Positions 1-11,800 of a DNA stretch of 64,000 bases are shown here, piece after piece. The position numbers were made by a program, and so were the translations under genes. This DNA comes from Phoronis australis (lineage: Eukaryota > Animalia > Phoronida). Numbering within the stretch: the stretch's first letter is position 1; every line of letters begins with the position of its first letter. The stretch is taken from positions 220,898 to 284,897 of the forward strand of contig NMRA01000314.1 in assembly GCA_002633005.1 (NCBI GenBank). Reading direction: 5' to 3'. Under the pieces are notes generated by a model. It was not told the origin of the DNA. It saw nothing but the letters and a program-made list of their open reading frames with translations, and ran no database searches.

Positions 1-789
1 GCTGGTGTAATGCTTTGTAAGCAAAAACTATGGGAGAGGCAAGATTTGTTATTTTAGATTATGAAGAGCTAAGGAATGACAAAACAAATCATTATAAAGT
101 CAGGTTTTGAAAAGGTGCAATATGGCTGCTACAGAGTGCCAAAGTTGGACGAAAATGGCTTCAGTGAAAACCTGCAAAATAGCCGTTTTTGCCACAAAAA
201 TCAAACCATACAAATTTGAAAATGAATTTTGAAAGTTATGCCATTAAATGTTCAATTATAGTCCTTTAAAACTGAATCACTCATTTGTTATCAGCCAGAT
301 ATACAAGCTAGTAAAATGCATTCAAACATATCTACTTCGGCGCCCAATTTTGTTGCAAAATGGCGGTACATGTCATAAAAAGAGAAACAATGGATGAAAA
401 TTTTTAAAAATCGAATTTTTATTTAAATCTCATCAAACTCATGTGCTTGTTCTCAAAAAAAAATCCGTGATATCGGTTATAGATTCTAACTGTCGGTTTT
501 TATATGGAGTCACTCTTAAATATTCACAGAGAGCTCTACTTTCCGCTCTCGAACTCGGATATTCGTCTGTGGAACATGGACATTTTGACTTTCGGCATTC
601 GTACTCAGCTCATCATCTCTGTTACTGGTTCTTGAAGTTCTCGTTGGGAGTATTTTTGATTGGCACTCTTGTTGATTTAAAAAAATCTGTCATTTCCTTG
701 TCTTGGCGCTTCGCACTCTTGACGAGCCAGAAGGGCCAAAAGTATGTGGGAACATCTCTATAAACACTTTGTGAAAGATTCGAAATTAG

Positions 790-3700
790 TAATGGCAGAA
801 TTACTCCAGAATGAGGCAACTTAACCTCTGACCTCTGTCTCGGTTAGAGCACATGCTGTAGTAGATTATATTTTACCTGACCCAACTAATTTGAATGATT
901 GTGTATCGTTTTCTGTATCTAATACTTCTGATATTTTGATACTTAGATATCCACGCTTTGATTGGGCCAAGATGTAAAGCGCCAGATTATTCTCTTCTTG
1001 TTCTAAGGTTCAAAATCTCCTCGCTTGGTTTATGTTTACCTGGTATCGACAACCATTGGATTCAAATACTCTTTCTAAAAAACGGAAAAATGACACATGC
1101 AATATCCTGGCAGAATTTAGTAATAATGTGACATTTAATGAAGAAACTTAGTGTTTAATTGATTCATTATTGTTATCCTATGAACATCAGAACCAACTTG
1201 ATATAGTGTATCAGTCATTTATGGACTTATTAATTAAGGACATTGATTCCGTGCTGGATTACAAGGATTATTATCCGAGTCGTAAACTAAGGAAGTATTC
1301 TAACAGGAATCATCGTTATTGAAATTTGGAACTTAACGATTCTTGGAAAATTTCAAAGTACATTGAATTGGTTACATTACAAACAATTATTTCTGTCTGA
1401 TCAATGTAAATTTGCGCGAAACGTTAATACCAGTTGAAGGATCGTGTTGAAACTGAAAATATAAATCTTGAAAATCCTAAGGATTTCAGGGCATGTATAT
1501 TAAAAAACTAGGACCATAATAGTTTAGCAAAGTTCCCCTGGAAGTCTTGGTTTCAAACCCTAATATAAACTTTGATAGAAATTTTGTTCTAAGTAAATGG
1601 AAAAATGATTACGGAAAATTATTTGTACGCAGTTCTGAAAATACATTATTTGATGATGAATTTTATTTGGAACCTTGCATTTGCGTAAGCAGAATGTGAT
1701 TGTACTAATATAATTGATCAAAGCTTAAATTGTGAAAATCTCTGTTGATGAGGTTGGAAATGTTGTTATAAACAAAGAATAACGAAGCCATGACTGCCTA
1801 CCTTAAGAGGTTTTAATATTCAAAACTATTGTTTTACTAACCCGACTGTTAATTGAATCTTTTAAACGTGGGCTAATGCCTTCTGACTGGTATAAGGCAC
1901 TTATAATCCTCACGCTGTATTAATTCTGCACACGACTCTAGAATTCCTTTGAACTACCGTGGGATACAGTAGTCTTCTCTCAATATTTGTAAACTCTTCA
2001 GTGTTGTGTAGAATAATAGAACTGTGGGTTTTTGTGAACAGAACAATACTTTAGTTGACGAGCAAAATGGTTTTCAAAGCCGACGGTCCTGTGTTGATCA
2101 TTTATATGTCCTGTCATCAATTATTCAAATAAGTAAGTCGTCTAACCTTTCTACATTTGTGGACATGAAAAAAGCATGGACAAACCGTGAACTTCTGTTT
2201 TATAAATCACTCCAANCTAGTTTAATACAGAAAAGATAAGTACCGAGGGTAAGTCCGAGCCATGCCAGCGTAGATGCACTATAAACATCCAATAAAGCCT
2301 GCTGAGACTTGCTATAATCAAATCCCTGTTACTGAGATAACAAAAAAAAGAAAAAACCGGTAAAAGCAATAAGGCGCTGGCATTAACATCTAACATTGGC
2401 CAATGCGAATACTTAGATAGTGACTAAATACAAAGTACTGGGATATAGTTACGCTGTAAATTTTCTCCATGGTTCTTCCTTGCTTTTCCGTACCTCCAAC
2501 CAAATCATATCAGGAGCTTCCTTGATGCGAGTGAACATCTTTTGCTGCTTTCTCAAATCTTAGGCAACGTGTGCCAGCTCTCCTCTCTTCTTATGGACTT
2601 ATTAATTAAGGACATTGATTCCGTGCTGGATTACAAGGATTATTATCCGAGTCGTAAACTAAGGAAGTATTCTAAAAGGAATCATCGTTACTGAAATTTG
2701 GAACTTAACGATTCTTGGAAAATTTTAAAGTACATTGAATTGGTTACATTACAAACAATTATTTCTGTCTGATCAATGCAAATTTGCGCGAAACGTTAAT
2801 ACCAGTTGAAGGATCGTGTTGAAACTGAAAATATAAATCTTGAAAATCCTAAGGATTTCTGGGCATATATATTAAAAAACTAGGACCATAATAGTTTAGC
2901 AAAGTTTCCCTGGAAGTCTTGGATTCAAACACTAATATAAACTTTGATAGAAATTTTGTTCTAAGTAAATGGAAAAATGATTACGGAAAATTATTTCTAC
3001 GCAGTTCTGAAAATACATTGATGATGAATTTTATTTGGAACCTTGCATTTGCGTAAGCAGAATGTGATTGTACTAATATAATTGATCAAAGCTTAAATTG
3101 TGAAAATCTCTGTTGATGATGTTGGAAATGTTGTTATAAACAAAGAATAACGAAGCCATAACTGCCTACCTTAAGAGGTTTTAATATTCAAAACTATTGT
3201 TTTACTAACCCGACTGTTAATTGAATCTTTTAAACGTGGGCTAATGCCTTCTGACTGGTATAAGGCACTTATAATCCTCACGCTGTATAAATTCTGCACA
3301 CGACTCTAGAATTCCTTTGAACTACCGTGGGATACAGTAGTCTTCTCTCAATATTTGTAAACTCTTCAGTGTTGTGTAGAATAATAGAACTGTGGGTTTT
3401 TGTGAACAGAACAATACTTTAGTTGACGAGCAAAATGGTTTTCAAAGCCGACGGTCCTGTGTTGATCATTTATATGTCCTGTCATCAATTATTCAAACAA
3501 GTAAGTCGTCTAACCTTTCTACACTTGTGGACATGAAAAAAGCATGGACAAACCGTGAACTTCTGTTTTATAAATCACTCCAAAATGATATAAATGGTAG
3601 AAGGTACTATGCAATTCGCATGGTTTACAGAAATCCATTGAACTGTATCGGATTAAATGGCACTTTGTATAGTGGTTGGTTCACTCCTAAAAACGGGCGT

Positions 3701-4260
3701 TTTATCACCGACACTTTTTGCCTTATACGTTGAATTAGCTCTGGAAATTAAAAAAAAACTGGGTAAAGGTGTCAAATGTGGTCCAAACAATATTTCAGTT
3801 CTTCTTTACGACGACGATATTGCACTTCTGTCTGAAAATGAAAATGACATGCAAGATTTGTTGAAGGTTTTAAACAACTGGTGTACAAGTGGTGTTAATA
3901 TGGCAATAAATAACGTTGTCCATTTTTGAGCTAAGTCCGCCATGCCTAGAAGCAAATTTGAATTTATTTTAAATAGTGTCGTTGATTATAAATTCTCATA
4001 CAAATACTGGATCAACACCTTGACTTAAAGAGAATTTGAATAGGTTATCTGAGGCTTCTGGTAGAGCGTTAGGAAAGGTACGCTCAACAGTTCGTGAACA
4101 TGAACTGAGGATTCGAAACATTTTTAAAAAACATTTAATTCGTGTGTGGCACAAATTTTGGATGATTACGGCTGATCTGTTTGAAGTTACAAAAATTTTG
4201 TTAATGATGAAAATAAGGCAAAACAGAGGGATGCGTTGACTTGGGTCAACCGATTTACAG
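790..4260 (+). mobile_element. Decayed APE-type non-LTR retrotransposon (LINE; CR1/L2/Rex1-like) ORF2 remnant
   Basis: Fragmentary frames give endonuclease C-terminal motifs (NGRIT at ~791, AVVDYI at ~855, PDYS at ~982). They also give RT motifs EQNGFQSRRSCVDH (ORFs 2024 and 3392), GVLSPTLF and ISVLLYDDDIALLSENENDMQ (YADD-equivalent, ORF 3657). Many stops and frameshifts. Confidence 0.85.
1219..3583. repeat. Near-identical ~1-kb direct duplication (1219-2215 and 2591-3583) inside the LINE
   Basis: Both copies start ttatggacttattaattaaggacattgattcc and end tataaatcactccaa. The first copy stops exactly at an N (2216). Confidence 0.9.
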
Positions 4261-5115
4261 CCACTCATGCTGATATAGCGGTGATATGGGGTGGTGCTCG
4301 ACCGGAAACAGAACTGGTTTGAATTGAAATTAGGACCGTGACCACAGACGATGATTATTGAAAACTGTTTCGGTTCATGTCCATCTACTCACGGCAAAAA
4401 TTTACTTAAAAGTTACACACTAGATGTCGCAAATGCTTGCTTAATGTCAACATTACTTGAAGAAATGTATTCCAAGTTCACTCAAGATTCCATGTTCACG
4501 TGCAACAGTATAGTGTCAAAGACTCTACGGTCTCTGATAGTGTGGATTGCCAGGCACGCCGAGAGGTGGCAGCACAGACATGTTTAAAATAGGAGACTGC
4601 AGAGACGGATGCCTGTGCGCTGCGCGTTATGTTTACTCGGTTATCTATATAAGTCTACGATGCCTGCGACTTCCTAGTTCGTAAGCTATAGGCATACCGA
4701 ATATTCTACTGAATAGAAGTTCGCTAAAGTGTATCAGGTAAGCGATGTATCCGTGCTGCGGTCACTGTTTTCGATGTTGACAACAAATTAGGGACAAAGG
4801 TTGGCACGAACATGTCCGTCACTTCGTCAGGGCCGTGGCCCATAGGCATACGGTCACTCGCGCCGATGTTACGTAACAAGCGGTACAAGGCTGTATTGAT
4901 TCGTAAAGTTTACTGAGAAGTATTAAACAACTTCGTCACTTTAAACCATTAAACTAGTTTGACAGCGATTGCAAGCAAAAAGTTGGCAAACCACTGTTTA
5001 CATAGTCCAGCTCTCATGTTCTGTTGTAAACAGCACACCTGATACTAACTAGTTCTTAAAAATACTAGCCAAACAAAGTTGGACAAATGTCGGGAGGAAG
5101 ATGTGTTTTATGAAA

Positions 5116-5336
5116 CATATACGGGCACCCAGCCTTTAATATGGGGGGCTCGAATTTCTGACGATGTGGACCTTTTGCTGACAAAAAAACGGGGTACCAC
5201 CTTCACTGTGCATCTGCGCCTTTTTAGTGGACTTTTGTCTTGTTTTCTAAGACTTTTTGTTTCTGAGGCGGACCTTTTTGCCCACTTGGCCAAATGGGGG
5301 GGTCATTCGACCCCCCCTCGGCTGGGTGCGCGCATG
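5116..5336. mobile_element. MITE family A copy (TIR ~catgcgcgcacccag)
   Basis: Ends cata..cgggcacccag / ctgggtgcgcgcatg, flanked by tgaaa on both sides (5-bp TSD). Homologous to 14067, 15659 and 24649. Confidence 0.75.
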
Positions 5337-5824
5337 TGAAATACTCTCTCCAAAAAACTTCGAATGGAGAAAAATAGTTGAGCTGATTCCTTTGTGGGAC
5401 TGCAGGTTCTGAGTCCCTTACTATAACATTGTTACCAACACAACAGGCTTTTTTGTCAAGTTAAATCGAGCGTGATAGTAGATCAGATCTTGATGTTGGA
5501 AATTTCTTGGTTTTAAGAGCCCAGGGCAATGGTACGTGTCGTAACGCAACGCGTCTGAAAAAGCATCGCAACTCGTCAAAAAAGGTGCAGAGTTGAGTAA
5601 GACATTAATTCCAATATATACGTAAAAGTGCACTCATTTCTATCATTTGTTTTATTTAGCATTATCAATGGGATTGGGAAACTTAGCTCAGTCCTTCCAT
5701 CAGTGTTAGTACAGCAAGTAACGCATTGAACAAAATGAAGTACTAATATATAATTGCAAGTTGTGCTTTTGCTCAAGCGGGTACCATTGTATTAATTTTT
5801 TTTTTCACCTTCAAGGAATTTGTC

Positions 5825-8800
5825 ATGTCGAAACATGCACAATACTCAGTGCCAAACGACAGCTTGGACGAAGTCACGAGTGCCGTTTCGGTCAGTGATG
5901 TTTCTCTGGATTCCATTGTCCAGATTTTCCGCTGCCCAGGCAAACAGTCAGAAGAGACTGGTGAAGATAACAGCATGCAAGTGTGTAGAGAAGATGCCAG
6001 TGGCGAACGAGTGCGACTTCAAAAAAAGGATCAATGTCAAGTTCTTCAGCAGCTGTCGCCTACCGTTCTAGTTGGTACAGGGGACGGCTGCTTCATACAC
6101 CTTGGTGATGTAGAAGGTAGAGTATTCCATATAGTGAACTTGGCACTATATGTGCGTCCTTTTTGTAAGGATGAAAGTAATGCTTAGTTCAAACTATGTA
6201 ATATTACTCTTGCGGAGTATTGGGGCTTCAGCTCAACATTGACCATTGCGTAATTGTCTTTTGTCCTCCTCCTTCTCTCTCAGTGTTGAGGACTGTATTG
6301 GGAAAGTGTTGAGCACTCAATTTCAATGTTGGACAAAGAGAGAATTATGAGTTTCTGAGTTATTCACTAAGGCTTTGATTAAAATTTACATCTTACCAGT
6401 AGCTTATGTTTCTTCATCGTCACTCAGATTGCGTTTTCTTTGAAAAAATGAAGTAGTTTTCTTCATTGCACAGTGGAGCAGACGACAGACACTGAGTGGT
6501 AGTGTGCAGCGCCACTGCCGGTTGGCTGGGATATCACACATATATTGACCAGGAGCGCCATTACTTAGCCATAGTTCCGTTATGATTGCACCGGTGGTCT
6601 GAATCGGACACGTGAAATCGGGCCTGCGCCCCTCCCTCCATCACACGCATACACAAACTAAAACTGCACACGTTGTTAAATCTTGTTTCGGCCGTATAAT
6701 GTTAATTACTGGGGTTAATTAATAAACTCAATATTTCCTCATGCTCTTGCTGTTTTATTTTTTGCAGCAGCCAAAGGGGGCAGGCCCCCTCCCCCTCTAA
6801 ATCCTCCTGTGTGTGTACTAACACAAAAGGCATACTTGACAAGTTTAATCGAGCGTAATTCTAGATTAGATGGTGAAAGTGGACATTTCTGGATTTTTAC
6901 ACTCCAGGATTAATAACATATTGGCTCAAAGTCAAAATTTAAATTTTACAGGGTTTCTGCATTCATAAAACATATATTTTTACTGAGTTAATATTTATAT
7001 TTGGTTAAATACAACCAAAACAACCCCTGCATATCCCTCAATTGATTCAATGTCTTGATGATTCTTCATTCATGCATTTTTGGTTCTCTAATGGCAAAGC
7101 TTAACACTTTTGTTCCCTGTATTTATGCAGAGGTCAAGGTCATCGAGGAACCCCAACACAAGTTAGGCAATAGCGAAGAAGTGGTTTTGTATACTAGGAC
7201 AGAGGATCATCCTAAGCAGCTGGAATCGCCAAAAATGAATCGCGTCTCGTCACATAACTGGCTTGTTGAACGAGCTGAGGGAAGTGAAACTATCAAAATG
7301 TCAGGTATGCTAATACATTGAGGTGCGTGTATAACATTGATGTCATGCGTAACTATAGAAACATTATCAAAGTTTGGCTTACATTGACTTAATTGTCTGT
7401 CAAATCCCAGAAATGGCCAATTGGTTTCAAACACGATTTCAGAAACTAGGATTAAATGTGTTGAACATTGTTAAGAATTGTTTTTAAATGTTTTTTTTTT
7501 CAAATAAGTGTAATAGTGTGGTATCACTTGTACAAATTTTGAGAACCAGTTTTCTCCACTGAATAACAGGCATCAACTGGTTCTCAAAATGCGGCCACGT
7601 TATATCAGATTACTGCTGAATGCATTGCTACCGGAAATCAAGAAAACCAGAATCTTTTAAGCGTGAACACACCAGCAATTGAAATATGCAGCAATATTTT
7701 GAGATGTCATCTTGAATGTTTATACCAAAACAAATGTGGCCATGCACCTCCCACTGTTGTTTTGCTGTGAAAACACTTTCTTTTTTGCGTAATTTTACTT
7801 ATTTAAAAAATGCATCCTGGTGTTAGTCTCTCAGTGGCAATTTATTGCCACTTTGGTTTAATATCATACATTCTGTAACAATGAAGATACAAAAGAGATG
7901 AGCTGTTGTACTGGATTAACTGTCTGCAGGGGGCCCTTTTCCAAACTTAAAGATATGAGCTGTTGTACTGGATTGGCTATCTGCAGGGGGCCCTTTTCCA
8001 AACTTAAACGTCTGTCTGGATAAGGTTTGCTCAAAGATATGATAATAATTTTTATGCTTTCCAAAAAGAATTGGAATTTAGAATTTGGTACATTTTTTTG
8101 TACATTCGTTTGTTTGGTGAACCTCTAGTTACAAATTTAGTTGTTCTTGATTGTTCTTCTTTTAACTTTGTTATTTTCAATGTTTCAGAAGTAAAAGATA
8201 TTCAACTTATCGTGACAGAGCCGATGGTAGAGGAATCAGACTCAGGAGAACCAATTTGCAAGATTAGACAGTCTACACTTGATATAAAACTGAATCCAAC
8301 TGCTGATGCTGTTGATCTCAAGAGTTTGGACAAAACAGGTTATTTATTCTAACAGCAGATATTGGATAATTACACTTGCAAGGGCTGATAACCGAATAGG
8401 GGTGTGACATCGATGTCTTTACATGTCACCTAGTTTTATTCAATATTGAATTGATTTTGTTTGCTGAGTAAAAAAATTATAGGTTCTGGTTTTTGGCAAT
8501 AATAGTCACTGTGTAAATGTTAGCGTTTTCCAAGATGGTCACACAATAGTTGAAAAGGTTGGCAAAATGCATCGATCTGATTGTAAAAGTGCTGTTTCCC
8601 TTCAATTAGGTGCTGAGAGTAGTTACACAAAGTCATCCAACGGAGACAGCGATGACCAGCCAGGGTCACCAGAAGGTAGTTACATGATGCCATCCCATGG
8701 AGGCAGTAATGGTCAGACAGGGACACAAGAAGGTAGTCAACATTTCCTGTGTCACACTTTGTTCAATTTCGACATTGTCCATTTTATAATGAAAATTTCT

Positions 8801-11800
8801 GTGTACTGTTTTGCTGGTATCACACGAGTAAGAATTTTTCACTTTTCAAACAAAGAGTAACATTAATTTTCTAGTATTCTTGAAAAATTTTGGTGACATG
8901 TATCTACACTATCTCTTTTTGTCCTAAGTTATCAGGTAATGGCTTCTAAAGTGATTTAAAACAGAATTAATATTGAAGATTACGTCATTGGTTCCTGAAA
9001 GTGCCTTTCCCAATCACAAACTACAACTGCACTCACAAGGCTGTGTAACAGCCTATTGAAGAAACCGTGCTCTGGTTTGTTTACGTTATAAGTTGATGTT
9101 TCTTTCAAGGCGATGAACTTGTTCAACTGGATCAGAGGGAGATGGAGCTGGCGACATCACTTAGGAAACGTGCGGAGTTGGAAGGAGGGACAAAGTCATG
9201 TGGTGACATTTTGCGAGAAATGGGCAACATTCACAAAAGAAGGGGATTGCTAACAACACACACACAGTGGTTTGTGACTGCATCGGCGCTGTATAACGCG
9301 GCGTTGATGAGAACTGAAGAACCAGAGTTGATTAAGAATCTGGAGACGTTAATTAGACAAAATGAAATAGCTTTTTGCGAGACTCTGTCACTCCCAACTA
9401 CTAAGCTACCGATATATTTCAAGTGTGAGGTAAAAGAAAAGTTAGAAAGCATGAGACGTCGTGTTTCACCAAATGCAGAGTGTCTGTTGAATACTTTTGC
9501 TAAAGAACTCAGTTTAGAAGCAGCTGACACTGTCAGAATGCAAGTGGAAAAAGTGTTCGTTGATGACACCTTGAGGATGTTCAAGGAAGTTTGTTCAGAT
9601 TTGAAATCTTTTGACCAATACCTCATCTCAAAAAGTAAGGACATTTTAGGCCAGCCCCCTCAAGAGTACACAGCCATTGCCATGGGTTCTTTGGCAAGGG
9701 GTGAGGCAACACCGTATTCAGATCTTGAATGGGCAATTCTGGTACAAGATGACAGTGAGGATTTAGAGTATTTCAGAAACATGACCAGGCTGGTGCAGAT
9801 ATTTGTCTTAAACATTGGAGAAACTTATCTTAGAACACTGAGCATAAAGTCACTGAATGATTATGACACGCCTGGAGGCAATTGGTTCGTGGATGACGTT
9901 GTGTCACGTGGGTTTGAGTTTGACAGTGCTGCCCCCTATGCATGCAAAACCCCACTAGGTCGTCCTGATGCGCATGGGAGACCAGGCATCGAACTGATTA
10001 GGACGCCCGAACATATGGCAGAAATATGTGAAATAAACACCGCTATTAGGGAAGGTTACCTATTCGATCGTGTTCTTACGACGACAGTCAAAATTGATGG
10101 CAGCGACTCACTATTTGAGAGATTCACTTTCCTAAAAACAGGTCATAAACTTGATATAGCTGTGCAAGTTAAGGCGTATTATGAAATTCAAGACCTTGTA
10201 AAAAAGTTCTGGCCGAAACTCAGTTTCCACAGTGAGGTTGCTGGGGCACATGATATTAAACAAGAACTGTTCAGGTTACCCACCGTAGTTATCAGTCTGT
10301 TCAAAACATTATTTAGTTTGGACAACGACAATACATGGGACTTGCTGGATGAAATGAGGTCAAAGGGTCAAGCAACACAGCATGGTGCACACAACTTAAA
10401 AGTCATCATTTCCATTGTATCTCTAATGAGGCTTGTCATGTACTGCACCAAGGGACAGCAGAGCGAATTATTGAACTTGCTGCCCAGGTCAACTTCAAAA
10501 CCAGGAAACAGCTTAACAGCAGAGAAAACACTGCCGTACAGCAAGTACAGGAATTTGATTAAAAGGTACTACTATTCGATCTATCCCTTTATCAATTATT
10601 TGAAGGATATTAAGTTCCTTCTTTTGTTGTTCCTACAGAAACTGGATTCCAATTTTTACGAAGTCAGTGGCTTTTTTGAAGGTTGCATTGAATACTGCTC
10701 GTTTCAATACAGCAAAGCCAGAGACAAATTGCTTTCTCACTTTGCCCTATGCGAGAAATTACTGAGTTCCATCGAAAACAACGGTGACACTGTTTCAAGT
10801 GACTCCGAAGACTCGGCATTTAAAACAGCAGTTGACTGTCTGTACATAGCAGGGAAGACTTACATGATGGAAGAACAGTATGTCCATGCTCTGAAATATT
10901 TCACTGATGCTTTGAAAATGGTCGTTTCACATGGTGAGCTTAGATACAAAGCATCCGCTGCTTTGGTCGAAAAGAATGTCAGCAGAGAAACACACGACCT
11001 GCTGTTCAAAGCGTTTGATGATGACTATCAAATGAATATTGCTATGCTAAAAGCTGAAATTGGAAATGCCAACACACATCTGAAGAATTGGAAACTAGCA
11101 CTAGCGTGCTATCAAGAAGCTCTCGACATCATGACAAGGTTGGACGAGGAAGAGCACAGGAAAGTTATAGCGTTGCTTTTCAACGATATTGGTATGGTGT
11201 ATTGTGCTTTTGCCAAATATGAACTGGCGTTGGAAAACTGTCACAAGTCACTTAATTTGCTGACGATTACCCACGGAGACACTGGTCAGCACAAGGAGAC
11301 GGGAGTCGAAAACTCAACTCACGGTAGTGTTGACCATTATGATATTGCTTTTTGCTTGCAATGCATCGGGGACGTGTATGGCGACATAGGTAAGTACCAG
11401 ACAGCCTTGCAATACTCTGTGGACGCTCTGGATATGCTGAAAAGGATTTACGGTGACGCTGATAATCTTTCAACTGTAGGGTGTTTACAAAGAGTTGGGG
11501 AAGCTCACAATGCTATTGGTCATTATGAGTTAGCCCTACAGTTCTACGAAGACTCGTATAGTATGTTGGTGAGACTGCTGGGTGGTGTGGAACTTCCATG
11601 CATTGCATCGAAACTGCAGGTCATGGCGCGCGTTTTATGCGAAATGGGAAAACACGAGAGAGCTTTGGAGAACTGCAGAGAATGTCTGTATCTTGTGAAG
11701 AGGCTATACTCTGACCAAGACCATTGTAATGTTGCGTTGACTTTACAGACCACAGGCCGTGTCTATTTTGAGTCAAATTTACACGAGCTAGCTTTGCAGC

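Noticed and set aside
6040-6116. Possible RHIM/amyloid signalling motif (TVLVGTGDGCFIHLG) in the N-terminus of the NTase-TPR protein
   Set aside because: It lacks the (I/V)Q(I/V)GxxN core, so the resemblance is too weak without homologue alignments.
9142-10500. NB-ARC/NACHT ATPase or cGAS/MAB21 assignment
   Set aside because: No Walker A GxxGxGK[T/S] is visible, and the motif spacing GS.AR.E....SDLE is GlnD/DUF294-like rather than cGAS-like.
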